A stretch of DNA of 64,000 nt from assembly GCF_036365525.1 (NCBI RefSeq), contig NC_090372.1, forward strand, positions 41,044,246-41,108,245, read 5' to 3'. The stretch is from Heterodontus francisci. Taxonomy: Eukaryota. The position numbers were made by a program, and so were the translations under genes. Below the pieces are notes generated by a model that was given only the letters and a program-made list of their open reading frames with translations, ran no database searches and was not told the DNA's origin. Positions 12,460 through 25,289 of this stretch are shown here, piece after piece (positions within the stretch are counted from its first letter, which is position 1; every line of letters starts with the position of its first letter).

Positions 12460-14640
12460 TAAAAACAAGAAATGCTGGAAATACTCTGCAAGTCTGGCAG
12501 CATCTGTGGAGAGAGAAGCAGAGTTAACGTTTCAGGTCAGTAACCTTTCATCAGAACTGGCCAGTATTAGAAATGTAATAGGTTTTAAGCAAATAAAGCA
12601 GGGTGGGGCAAGAGATAACAAAAGGGAAGGTGTTGCTAGGACAGGGCCACAGAGAATAACTGACCAGAAGCTCATGGAGCAAAGGCAAACGGTATGTTAA
12701 TGATGTACTGAAAGACACAGAGTTCGTGCAGAGAGGGTGTTAAGTGACAGAAAAGTGAAAAGCCCTGGCCCAAAGCACAAACATAAAAAACAGTGGGCAG
12801 GCACATGGTTAAAAAAAATGAATGATGAAACAAACTAAAACAAAATAAACAAAGAAAAAAGAAAAAAACTAAAAATAAAAAGGGGAGCCCGTCATGCTCT
12901 GAAATTACTGAACTCAATGTTCAGTCCAGCAGGCTGTAGGGTGCCTAATCAGTAAATGAGATGCTGTTCCTCGAGCTTGCGTTGATGTTCACTGGAACAC
13001 AGCAGTAAGCCCAGGACAGATATGTGGGCATGAGAGCAGGGGGGGTGTGTTGAAATGGCAAGCAACCTGAAGCTCGGGGTCATGCTTTCGGACTGAGCAG
13101 AGGTGTTCCGTAAAGGAGTCACCCAATCTGCGTTTGGTCTCCTCAATGTAGAGGAGCAATAAATCGCTGCTTCACCTAAAACGAGTGTTTGGGACCTCGG
13201 ATAGTGAGGAGAGAGGAGGTAAAAGGGAAGGTATTACACCTCCTGCAATTGCATGGGAAGGGGACAAGGTGTTGGGGGTATTGGAGGAGTGAACCAGGGT
13301 GTCGCGGAGGGAATGATCCCTTTGGAGAGCTGACAGGCAGGGGAGGGGAAGATGCGTTTGGTAGTGGCATCATGCTGGACGTGGCGGAAATGGCAGAGGA
13401 TGATCCTTTGGATGTGTAGGCTGGTGGGGTGGAAGATGAGGACAAGGGGCGGCACAGTGGCGCAGTGGTTAGCACCGCAGCCTCACAGCTCCAGCGATCT
13501 GGGTTCAATTCTGGGTGCTGCCTGTGTGGAGTTTGCAAGTTCTCCCTGTGTCTGCGTGGGTTTCCTCCGGGTGCTTTGGTTTCCTCCCACACGCCAAAGA
13601 CTTGCAGGTTGATAGGTAAATTGGCCATTATAAATTGCCCCTAGTATAGGTAGGTGGTAGGGAAATATAGGGACAGGTGGGGATGTGGTAGGAACATGGA
13701 ATTAGTGTAGGATTAGTATAAATGGGTGGTTGATGGTCGGCACAGACTTGGTGGGCCGAAGGGCCTGTTTCAGTGCTGTATCTCTAAACTAAACTAAACT
13801 AAGGGGAATCCTGTCGCGGTTCTGGAAGGGAGGGGAAGGGGTGAGAGCAGAGGTGCAGGAAATGGGCCGGACACGGTTGAGGGCCCTGTCAACCACAGTA
13901 GGGGAGAATCCTCGGTTAAGGACAAAGGAAGACTTATCAGAAGCGCTGTCCTGGAGGGTTGCATCATCAGAGCAGATGTGTCAGACACGGAGAAACTGGG
14001 AGAATGGAATGGAGTCCTTACAGGAGGCAGGGTGTGAAGAAGTGTAGTTGAGGTTGCCATGAGAGTCGGTGGGCTTATAATAAATATTAGTAGACAGCCT
14101 ATCACCAGAGATGAAGACAGAGAAGTCGAGGAAGGGAAGGGAAGTGTCAGAGATGGACCATGTAAAGGTGAGAGAAGGGTGGAAACTAGAAGCAAAATTG
14201 ATAAAAGTTTTCCAGCTCGGGGCGGGAGCAGGAAACGGCACCGATAGTCATCAATGTACTAGAAAAAGTTGGGGGAGGGGACCTGAGTAGGACTGGAATA
14301 AAGAATGTTCGATATGTCCCACAAAAAGACAGGCATAACTAGGACCCATGCAGGTACCCATAGCAACACCTTTTACTTGAAGGAAGTAAGTGGAGTTGAA
14401 GGAGAAGTTGTTCAATGTGAGAACAAGTTCAGCCAGGCGGAGGAGGGTGGTGGTGAATGGGGACTGGTTGGGCCTCTGTTCAAGGAAGAAGCGGAGAGTC
14501 CTCAAACCATCTGGTGGGGGAATGGAGGTGTAGAGAGATTGGACCTCCATAGCGAAGAGGAAGTGGTCGGGGCCAGGAAACTGGAAATTTGTCAAAATGA
14601 CGTAGGGCATCAGAAGAGTCAAGGATGCAGTTGGGAAGAG
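12460..14640 (-). mobile_element. Penelope-like element (RT plus GIY-YIG), interrupted by a SINE
   Basis: LFAMEVQSLYTSIP, LAELVLTLNNFSFN, QVKGVAMGTCMGPSYACLFV, YYKPTDSH and HFNTP..LEEQHLIY. Confidence 0.9.
13447..13800 (+). mobile_element. Full-length HE1-type V-SINE nested in the Penelope element
   Basis: Complete tRNA head, V-core and (ctaaa)n tail; aaggg(g) duplicated on both sides. Confidence 0.92.
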
Positions 14641-15136
14641 AGTGATGTTATCTCTAGTCCTGTCCTGAAAAGACTGCCCACTTTGTTCCTCAAAATGATT
14701 ACCTTTTGAGGTGAATTTTACAAGGGTTGGTTTCACCCATGTGACTTCAGGTTTCAGTCCTAGCTGGGCTGTATAATGACCTTGATGATGACCCCATTCT
14801 GAGATGAGGATGGTTCACACACTAATGTAATGGAGGTTATTTGGAGACAAGAAGTCTGAGAAATGTCTTGTCTCATGGTTTTTGAGTATAGCTCTCATCC
14901 AGGTGTGATTATCTGGCACATTTCCATACAGACGGGGCTTAATTATTTTTCAGTCTTAATAGGCACAGATGTGGATTTGAGTGCAACAGTTTCTGAGGGT
15001 CATGTGTCATGTTGATAGCCCATGTACCAGTCTCCTTAAAATTGTTTCAACTTTTTATAACTCTTCAGTTTGGTTCTATATTTTCATTGCTGCACTTCTC
15101 TTGAGTGTGACATGTGCTAAAGTGTAAAAGGTGTCT

Positions 15137-15292
15137 GCTCAGTTGGTAGCACTCATCTCTGAGTCAGAAATGGTGAGGTCAACCCCCTGTCCAGGACTTG
15201 AGCACAAAAATTAAAGCTGACACTCCAGTGCAGTACTGAGGGAGTGTTGTACTGTCAGAGGTGCCCTCTTTCCGATGAGATGTTAAACCAAA
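15137..15292 (+). mobile_element. SacSINE1-type Deu-SINE, 5' half
   Basis: gctcagttggtagcact..ctgagtcagaa..cagtgcagtactgagggagtg..gatgttaaacc. Confidence 0.75.
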
Positions 15293-16274
15293 GCATGAGT
15301 GACATATGCTTATTGACCCCCAAATCTGAAACCTAGCAACCAGACCTGCAACGTTGATCCAAACAAGGAAACAAAATGTTAACAACCTTTGCAGAAAAGT
15401 AATCAATAAGGTAAATGTAAATTTATGACAAGGTTAAACAACCTGTTCCCATAATTTAACCCTTGTAGCCCAGTATTGTTCTGCTGAATCTGCACTGCCT
15501 CCCTTCCAAGGTCAATTTCTCTCATGCCACTACAAGGCCATTAATTTCATGAAGGCTGTTCAGGTTCTTCATTCTCCATTTCCGAGGCATGTGGCTATTC
15601 TTCAGAGTCATTCTGCAGTGGATTATAATCCTGGCCCCTTTTTTTGGGGCTATCCTGGATCAGGTGTACTTCTCAGATGGTCAGTCTCAACTTAAGGTTG
15701 AGAAAGTCAGATCCTAAAGACACTTGAATGGGTCTGAAGGACTGATCTAACTCTCGCCAAAGGAAAGGAACAAGCTGAGAATATTACCACCCTCCAAATC
15801 AACATTTTAACAAATGTTAGCCAGATTATAATAACCCAGAAATCTCCCCTCAGTAATGTACCTCCACACCAAAGAGTATACGGAGACAAGTTCACAAGTT
15901 AGCGATACAGAAGATTATCTGAGACAATATAAATTCTAATTTATTAAGAAGTTTATTGAAGAACTGATCATGCAATTCACAGTTGGTGAGACAGTCAATT
16001 GCGACATTAATAGTTCCAGGAAAAGATAGAAAGTACGATCTTATTTCTAGTAGAGAATCCAATTTTTAAATTCAAATATTGTCACAGTAAAATATTTAGG
16101 TAGGATATCCATCAATTATTAAAGTAACATTTACCTTAAATCCCAGAGTAGAAAACTATAGCGTTAGTGAGATACTTCTGTCCCAGTTGAGGGGATAAGT
16201 ATCAGTGGCTCACCCAATAGTTTTACCTCTACCATGAAAGATGTTGAAGCGAGTCCAACAAATCTAAAAAATCC

Positions 16275-17330
16275 ATAGAATCATAGAAAAATTACAGCAT
16301 AAAAGGAGGCTATTCAGCCCGTCGTGTCCGTGCCGGCCAGAAAAAAAACTAGCTGCTCAATCTAATTCCACCTTCCAGCACCTGGTCCATAGCCTTGCCG
16401 GTTACAGCACTTCAGGTGCATGTCCAGGTACCTTTTAAAAGAATTGAGTGTTTCTGCGTCCACCACCATTCCTGGTAATGAATTCCAGACACCCACCACC
16501 CTCTGGGTAAAAAAGGTTTTTCCTCATGTCCCCTGTAATCCTTCTACCAATCACCTGAAATCTGTGCCCCCTGGTAATTGACCTCCCCACTAGGGGAAAC
16601 AGGTCCTTCCTGTCTACTCTATCTAGGCCCCTCATAATTTTGTGCACCTCTATTAAGTCACCCCTCAACCTCCTCTGTTCTAAGGAAAACAACCATAGCT
16701 TATCCAATCTTTCCTCTAGCTGCAACTTTCGAGCCTTGGCAACATTCTTGTAAATCTCCTCTGTACTCTCTCCAGAGCAATTATGTCCTTCCTGTAATGT
16801 GGTGACCAGAACTGTATACAATACTCCAGCTGTGGCCTAGCCAGCGTTTTATACAGTTCCAGCATTACATCCCTGCTTTTGAATTCTATAAGGAAAGCAT
16901 TCCATATGCCTTCTTCACCACTCTATCTACCTGTCCTGCCACCTTCAGGGACCTGTGGACATGCACTCCAAGGTCTCTCACTTCTTCTATCCCTTTCAAT
17001 ATCCTCTCATTTATTGTGTATTCCCTTGCTTTATTTACCCTCTCCAAACCTCTCACTTTTCTGGATTGAATTCCATTTGCCACTTTTCCGCCCACTCAAC
17101 CAAACCATTGATATCTTTCTGGAGTCTACGGCTATCCTCTTCACCATCAACTACATGGCCAACTTTTGTGTCATCAGCAAATTTCCCAATCATGCCTCCC
17201 ACATTTAAGTCTAAATCATTAATATATACCACAAACAGTAAGGGACCCAACACTGAGCCCTGTGGAACGCCACTGGAAACAGCTTTCCATTCACAAAAAC
17301 ATCCGTCGACTACTACCCTTTGTTTTCTGG
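16275..17330 (-). mobile_element. CR1 LINE fragment
   Basis: LGPLLFVVYINDLD..KFADDTK..WAEKWQMEFN; LRGDLIEVHKIMRGLD. Confidence 0.9.
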
Positions 17331-17462
17331 CCCTGAGCTGTGCGCTTCTAATATTTACACTGTTTTTGAAGCTGCATAACTAATTTCTTACATATAAAGA
17401 TATTACCTCGACTGCAAGTAAGTTCATCCCCATTTATGTCCCAAATAAAGCTGCATTACTGT

Positions 17463-18120
17463 TGTCACGCTTATGAGAAGTGCGATGGAGAAATAATGGG
17501 CTAAAACTGAAGTATTATGAAAATTGACATTACCTTTTTAAAAAAATGGGCAATGCTGCTAAAAATGGCTGAAGGTAAGCCACCTGGCCTTTGTATATTC
17601 AAACTGTTTAAAAGGGTCCAAGAATACCTTCAAAGCAAAGAGCTGTCGATTGCACCCAACCTAAACGCATCCTGAAACATTCCTGAATTGAATGTATTCT
17701 TCTGAAATAAAGAAGCTGTGAAGTAGCCACATCCTGGGCCATTGTCGTCCACTAGAAGGAAGAAAATTCCTGTCTCCCAGCAGAAGAGAGATGTACCAAA
17801 CTTTAACCTTAAAAAGGTAGTCCTAGAGAAAGAGAGAGACACTCAGAAAGAAGCCTCAGCCAGAAGCCTGTTTCCAGCCAAGGGGCTGGGAGAAATCCAA
17901 CGAGCCAGAAGGGAAGCGCCCTGCTGTAGAATTCTACATCTTTATTTATGCAGCAGTGAACTAGAAATGATCCAGTCTTCAACTGAACTTAAAACCGAGA
18001 GAGAAACCTACAAACATCTCAGGCCTGCAACCAATGAGAACTTGACTTCCAAAGGTATTCAACAGATTTACCATGACCCCCTGAAGCCCACACCACTTAA
18101 ACCCACTTACCCCCTTTCCT

Positions 18121-18168
<48 letters not shown>

Positions 18169-18379
18169 GATGCGGTTGTGACAATTTTGGGATAAGGTGC
18201 ATTGATCAATGAATAATTAGTTTTCTGTTTTAAACCTGCAAGAAAACCTGTCGCTGTCTGTTTATTTGACAAATAAAACACAAAGTGGTTAAAGCCGAAT
18301 AACAAAAAACACTTGCTGTGATCAGGTGTGAGTTGAACAAGTATGTACCACTCAAACCCCTCATTACGTGGCCGTAACA
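17463..18379 (+). mobile_element. Probable solo LTR (~0.9 kb) containing a (GT)n repeat
   Basis: TGTCACG...CGTAACA termini; flanks ctgt/ctct (imperfect 4-bp TSD); AATAAA near 18272. Confidence 0.6.
18124..18164. repeat. (GT)n microsatellite
   Basis: About 20 GT units read directly. Confidence 0.95.
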
Positions 18380-18479
18380 CTCTTCATTTCTCAGTAAGCT
18401 CCATCCTCTTTGATTCCCAAGAAGGATTGTGTAACTATTAATTTCTCAATAAAGTCCAGGCCTTTTTGATTTCGAAGGA

Positions 18480-19183
18480 AGGTAAGTTGTGAGCCTCGTG
18501 ATGCTCAAGTTCTCGTGGTGAAGGTGGGCTCTGCGACATCAGCAACGGCATCAGCTGCTTGTGCGCAGGTGCGGGCGCCATTTTTAAGGGGCAGCCAGCC
18601 CTGTTGCTAAATTTAAATTTTTAAAAGCCCTATCCCCCCAATGCACGGCAAAAGAATTATCTCCCCTCCCCCAGAACCAATAACACTTGCATGTAATAGT
18701 TTCCTTCTCCACCCCCCAAAAACACTTACCTGCAAGACTTGACCTTCCCCCCACAAAATGTTCAAAGTGCAGAGGTCACCCCTTCCCCACCCCCCGTCCT
18801 CTACACGATTAATGCACATTTGACTCCGTACCCCACCACACTGAAAATCATAAGTAACTCCCCCTTCCCACCTTGGTGGCACCAGTTTTCCCTAGACAGG
18901 AAAGTGAAGGCACATGAAGGCCGCTCAGATGATCCTGGGCAGCAGGTAAGATTGGCGTGAATTTTATTTAAAAATTTATTCAGGTACTTCATTAACATTT
19001 GTAAAGCTGGATCTCATCACCCAGCGGCGGGCCCCAACAGAGCCTTGCCACCGCCGGGAAGATCGGTCCCCGCACTCCCGGCGTCAGACTGTGTGGAGGG
19101 CTGCTGCCAGTACAATCTTCTGGACACCCCCCCAACCCTTCGCCATGGATCCCGATGTCAGGACCTCAACAAAATCCAGCCCC
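18480..19183. mobile_element. GC-rich non-autonomous DNA element (Harbinger-type MITE)
   Basis: Ends in aaaatccagccc, the same terminal motif as the MITE ending at 30673. Confidence 0.6.
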
Positions 19184-19289
19184 TAGCAACCAGATCTGTG
19201 ACATCTACCCAATCAAGGAAACAAATGAAAACAACCTTTACAGATAAGCAAACAACGCAGTACATGTAACTTCAAGACAAGTTTATGCA

Positions 19290-19785
19290 ACCTGTTCTCA
19301 ACCCTTTTAGCCCCAGTATCATTCTGGTAAATCGTCACTGCCTCCCTTCAAAAGCCATTATATCCTTCCTGAGGTGCAGTGCTTAGATCGGAATGCAGTA
19401 CTCCAGCTGAGGTCCGACCAAGGCTCTGCACAAATAAAGCATAACTTCCACTGCTTTGTATTTCAGCCCCATTGAGATAAAGGCTAACATTCTAGTTGCC
19501 TTTTAATCACTTTTTCTACCTGTCACTAGCTTTTAGTGACGTGTGCACATGGAGACCCAAATACCTTTGTTCCTCCACAGTTCCTAGTTTTTCACCAGTT
19601 AGAAAATACTCTTATCGTTTTCATGGCCAATGTGGACGACCTCACACTTTCCAAACTGAAATCCAGTTGCCACAATTTTGCCCATTCACTTAATCTGTTA
19701 ATGCCCCTTGTAACTTCCTGCACCATCTGCATTATTTACTGGGTCTCCAAATTTAGTGGCATAGCAAACTTAAATGTACAGCTTT
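19290..19785 (-). mobile_element. Old CR1 fragment
   Basis: gcagtactccagctgaggtcc (reverse complement of RPQLEYC) and tgccacaattttgcccattc. Confidence 0.7.
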
Positions 19786-19786
19786 C

Positions 19787-21062
19787 TGGGCATGAAATTC
19801 TGATCCATGGTGCTGCTGAAAATGGTGCTCCAAGTGGGGTGTGCTGTACCTCCAATCGCTTCTGGTGAAGACCTGCCGGATGATCTGATGTTCTGTGAAC
19901 TTGGACCACAAAGGTCCATTCAACGTCTTCACTTGTTACTCACCAAAGAATATGCGTTCAGCTGTAAGAGGTGCCCAGAAATAGTGGTATTTAAAGGGCC
20001 AGGCACCCAACTTGCAGGTTAAGGTAATTTAGAATGACTTCTACCATTGCAAAGTCTACGGAAGTACCATGGAGTATCTTTGGAGATGTTGTGGTCAGTT
20101 CCTAAATTTGACAGGGGGAGTTGCTGCATCCTCACAAGGAGGGCAAAAGATTTGGTGACCTGTCCACACAAAGGCTGCAACAGATATGAGGACTGCAGTT
20201 GCAGTGCCTCTGGGTCAGCAGCAGGACAGGGAGTTGGAGCAGAGACTGCAGAGATGGCAAGCTCTGCACAATGCCCTCTGCCAATTTGAAGCTGGACTCC
20301 TCCATGCTCCTTGGCAGAGGCTGACTGACAGGCCAGCACACAGTATCTAGGTGTGCATGCCCATCAGCATTCTCCTCTATGCTATTCCAATGAAGTCCTC
20401 ATCTGAGTCCCCTGTAGCAGAATTCATCTGTGAATTCACCCTCCAGTGAGCTGGGACACAAACTATCCTTTAGTCCTGGCCTGGCTGCAGCCCAGTGATT
20501 CACCATGTGTAGATCCCAACTCTATACTAGCCTCCATGTGCAGTGCCTGTATCTGAGCTGGTGGCTGCAAGTGTTAGATCAAGTGATGGGGCCTCTTCAT
20601 CGGTGCCGTGCTGTTGCTCTCTCTCTGTCTTCCTCCTGGGTGGGCTGTGGCTGGACAGGCGGCAGTTCTTAGATGTCTGAGAGCAGGAAATCAGAAAGGG
20701 GAAGATTGGGGCGAGGGAAGGTGGGGTGGGTGGAAAGTAAGAGGTCCATGGTCACACCAGCTGCAGCTTTTTCATCATGCCAGGTTGACGGTGAACTGGC
20801 TGTTGCGAAGGGGCATTAAGCAGTAACGTACCGTCATCTGCAATGTTCTCAGATGCCAAGGGCTCTGTGGCTGCCAACCCCATGATGTGAAGAATTATTT
20901 CCTCCATTTGGCTTAGGAGATGCAGGTGTCCTTGTCCCCTATTGGTTCTGCTCTGCTGCATCCTGATATGGCCAACTTTGTCCTGCAAGAGAGAGGGAAG
21001 AATGTCAGTGATTGTATTGCATTCTGTCTCCATGACAATAGGTGTCAATTGTGACCCACGAA
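19787..21062 (-). mobile_element. Harbinger Myb-gene fragment (exon 2/3 region)
   Basis: DKVGHIRMQQSRTNRGQGHLHLLSQMEEIIL parallels exon 2 of the 5596 Myb gene; followed by RSMEESS. Confidence 0.6.
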
Positions 21063-21064
21063 CT

Positions 21065-22570
21065 CAAAAAATGGTGCGGACCAATTTCAAGCCCTCTTTT
21101 CCTTCATCCATTTCATCAATGAATATCATGAAAACCTTAGGCCCCAGTGCAGATCCTTGGGGAACACCATTTGTCACATTCCTCCGATCAGTGGTACCCT
21201 TTATCCCCACTCTCTGTTTACTACCTTCCAACCAATTTCCAAACCATATTACAAGGTTGCTTCCAATTCCATGTGTTTTCATCTTTGCTAATAGTATCTT
21301 ATAAGAAACCTTATGCAAATGTCTTTTAGGAGTCCATACAGATAACATCCATAGACACTCCCTCATCCAGGATAATAGTAACCTCCTCAAAAACCTCAAC
21401 TAGATTAGTTAGACATTGCTTACCCTTCACAAATCCATGCTGACTCTTACTGATCGCTCAAATTTGTACAAGTGGTTAGCCATTCTGTCGCTAATGACGG
21501 GTAACTTCCGCACAACTGATGCTAGTTAGCCGATTTCATTCGACCACCATTCTTAAATAATGGAGTCAATTTTGCAATTTTCTAATCCAATAGCACAATT
21601 TCTGAACCAAGAGCGCTTTGGAATATTATGACCAACACATCTGCAATTTCTTCACCTACTTCTTTTAATACCTTGGGTTTAAAACCATTAGGTCCAGGAG
21701 GTTTGTCCATCTTAAATCTCATTATTTTCTCTATTAACTTCAGTTATACTTACATTAAATCCAATAGATTCCTCCCTTGACTTACTTTTAGTTTCCCTTG
21801 GACCACTGGTATCTTGCCCTCTTCCTCTCCTGTGAAGAAAGAACATGTCTGCCATTTGCTTACTGTTGATTTCAGTATCAGAATTAACAGCACAGAAACG
21901 GACCATTTAGCCCAACTGGTCTATGCCAGTGTTTACACTCTACACAAAACTCTTCCCAGCCTGCTTCATTTAATCCTCGCTGCATAGCCTTCTATCACCT
22001 GTGTCTTTCTTTAATGGAACAACACTTCCCTTAACCAATCTATTTCTCTTTATTAAGACTTTGACTGTTGGCCTTAATTTCATCTGCAAGTTTTTCATAT
22101 TCCTTTTTGTGGCTCAATATTTTCTATGTATTCCTTTTTTTGATTGTTATAGTTCTCCCAGCTCTTCGTGTTGTATGATTGCCTTTAAGAGTAAATACCT
22201 TTAAGATCTTAGTATGCTAATGAGCCAAGTACCAGGATGTGGTCATGTGACTACATGCCAGTCTCACTCTGTAACTGTAACACCAAGAGGCAAGTCCTGT
22301 AAATCATTAGCTCTGCACTGTATACACTTGCAGGCTGTTCATAAACCTCTTTGAGATCTTCAATCAACTGAACTCCACGCATCTCAGTTATGTTGCATCA
22401 GACAACATAAAAAGCATCTCATTACACTTTGCATTTGTGTAAACCTTTTCTTTACCTTATACCTTACCTTACATTATTTGCTGACCATGGTTGCCTAAAT
22501 ACCCCAGAGGATTTTTGTCTTTACGGGTATGTACTGGTCTTGTATTCTATCAAAAACTCCTTTGAATACC
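21065..22570 (-). mobile_element. Old CR1 ORF2 fragment
   Basis: [34 protein letters not shown]. Confidence 0.8.
22169..22426 (+). mobile_element. Probable solo LTR (258 bp) inside the CR1
   Basis: TGTTGT...ATTACA termini; flanks cttcg/ctttg (5 bp, one mismatch). Confidence 0.55.
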
Positions 22571-24155
22571 TTGCATTGTTTGTAGGTTTACACACGAAAG
22601 GCAAAAAGTACAATTTCAGTTCAATGCATGTAAAAATTATGATAATAGTATGGATGTTGTGGAAAGACAGTGCTGGGTTTGGCTGCAACACATGGTCAAT
22701 TAGTTTGCCAATACTCACCACTAGGTTCACACATGGTTTACCAGCATGCATGCTTTCAGAACACTTGGCTGATATATCAGGCTATAACACTCAAGTGTTA
22801 ACATTATTTCAGTTTAGTGATAAACTAGTATATACAGATGCTTGTAGACTGATGTTGTGCAAAATAATTCACTTGATCTTTGTTTGTTATTTCTACTAAT
22901 TGTACAGAAGGAAAATAGACATGGAATGAATCCAGTTGAAAGGAACTACAATTCAAGGAAGCAGAATCTGACCTGTTTCTCAGGATGTTTGTCGAAGTCA
23001 AAAGTTCATCTTTGAAAAACAAGTGCCAGCTTCCCACTTGAGGAAAAATTCTTGGCATGATTAGTAACATTTAGAGTTGCTGCCCTATTTTTGAAATTTC
23101 ATTTGTAAAATGAAAGTTGGACACTGAAAATTTGATTTTAAAGTAATAGAAATTATTCTTTCCGTTTATCAAGTTTCTTCCACTGCAGATGCAGTTGCTT
23201 TTCAAATTAAGATTTTTAATTCATTTGCATCAGCAAAGAAGCATCATAACTCTATGCCATGTTATGACCCTTGGCCCCAATTCTATTCTATCTCCTGTCT
23301 AGTTTTGAGTTTGATAAAGGTAGCAAACTTAAGTCATAAAGAGGGATCTGCAGAAAGCATTTGAAAGATTTTAAGTAGAACAAGATTGTTCACGGTTATA
23401 GTGGCACCTGCTACATCTAACATAGCTCAGATATATGCAGGTTGGAGGAAACCCCTGTGAATGTGTGTCTCTAGTAACAATATAAATGCAATTGATTATA
23501 AAACTGATTAAACTGTCCATGTACTTGACCTAGTTCCCTAGATCGTTTGTTGGGATCACCTTTATAACCACAGGAAAATTCTCAGACAATACCTGCAGAA
23601 GAAAAAACGAATCCAACATTATGCAATTAACTGCCCTGCAATATCAAGGCAGCTAACCCATATTGGCCCTACGGAGATGGCAAATGGAGAAAAAGTACTT
23701 GTCAATCAAATATTGAAGCCTATTGGTCACTAAAACAAAGAACTTAGTTGTTCATTAACTATTAGTTGTACCTCTTCTAATTACCACACTGCCAATTTTT
23801 AAGTAATTGTGCATGCACAGAAGTTGCAAAGGTAGTTACATAGCTAAAATTGTAGTTTGGGAAAGTAATTGATTCAACAGACTGCTTGAAGTAATGCTTT
23901 AATCCTGTTAAAGGTGTACTCCAGAGACTTGAACCAGTGTACACAGAGTATTAATACAGCGATTAAAGTAGTTCCCAATCATATAGAGTGCAGGGCAATT
24001 TTTGTCATCTCAGATTTGTGATTCTAATGGGGTGGAACAGCTGGGAAATGCAGTGGAAATTAGTTCCACAAGATTTGGGTACTACAGAATAATGAAGCAG
24101 ACAGGAGCTCAATCTGTATATGTAAAAGGAGATTGGGAAGTGTGCTGTGCCTTTT

Positions 24156-24235
24156 TCAGGACTCCAGGATCCTGGACGCCAAGTTCTCAGCATATCCATG
24201 GAAACCTGGCAGGAAGAAAGTCTTGCGCAGACCTT
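24156..24235 (-). CDS. Candidate terminal exon of an unrecognised gene
   Basis: Acceptor tatttctcccacCAG|AAG|GT (NAGNAG). Frames give RSAQDFLPARFPWIC* (stop 24187) or CLRKTFFLPGFHGYAENLASRILES* (stop 24156). Confidence 0.4.
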
Positions 24236-24889
24236 CTGGTGGGAGAAATATTAAAAGGCCTGCATATTTTACAAGTTAAGTGTTTCAAGTCTTTAAAAGA
24301 TCCTTCTTGCATTTTAATGTATTCTTCCAGTAGGCACTAAGGCTTTCAAGAGCCCTTTGTGCCAGTTGTGATTGTTTATTTATTCCCTCCACGCACCCCC
24401 CCCCCCCCATGAGCTCCTTTTATTGGCACCAGTTGTTTGACCAATAGGAATTCTTCAAGCTTCTGTGATTGCAGGAAAAATTCCAGAAGGATGCCAATCT
24501 GCCCAAGTAATGCTCCGTGTGCTCCAACAATGTAGCATCTCCAGAGAGGCATCTCACTTTAAAAAAACATGTATATTGGTGAAGGCTCCTCTTTCCAACT
24601 GTGCCATAAGTAGCATCAGCCTGAGATCTGAATGCTGACCATTACACTAGAAGGTTCTTCAGCAGCCCTCCAAATACAGTTTGTAATGCATTACATGGTA
24701 CTGCGTGAAAGAAGGCAGTGATCAGAAGGAAATATTGCCTGCTTGGCCACACTTGGCAAGATGTCACCAACCGTCCCTGTAGGCTATGTCAAACCCACAT
24801 AGGAATCGCATGGGAACATGTCATCTTAGGGTCTAGGTCAACAGTCAGCCAGTTGCTGAACTGTGCCATCTGCTGCAAGAACACCAGGT

Positions 24890-25215
24890 GAGGTGAGAGT
24901 GACTGCCCTGGACATCAAGGCAGCATTTGACCGAGTGTGGTATCAAGGAGCTCTAGCAAAATTGAAGTCAATGGGAATCAGGGGATAAACTCTCCACTGG
25001 TTGGAGTCATACCTAGCACAAAGGAAGATGGTTGGAGGACAAACATCTAAGCTCTATGGCACTCCCTGCAGGAGTTCCTCCGAATAGTGTCCCCAGCCCA
25101 ATCATCTTCAGCTGCTTCATCAATAACCTTCCCACCATCATAAGGTCAGAACTGGGGATGTTCGCTGATGATTGCACAGTGTTCAGTACCATTCGCAACT
25201 CCTCGAATACTGAAG
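24890..25215 (+). mobile_element. Family-B LINE RT fragment
   Basis: ALDIKAAFDRVW..GVPPNSV..FINNLP..MFADDCT. Confidence 0.8.
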
Positions 25216-25289
25216 TGTGGGAAGAGGTGCAAGAAAACTTGCATTCAGCTTGGTGTGTCACCTATGAACCCCCTGGAAAAGGCTGCAGT

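Noticed and set aside
17742-18380. 156-aa and 133-aa ORFs with CV or HT repeats
   Set aside because: Produced by the (GT)n microsatellite inside a solo LTR.
18422-18481. Strong plus-strand donor GAAG|GTAAGT
   Set aside because: All three frames from the nearest acceptor contain stops; the site sits at a MITE edge.
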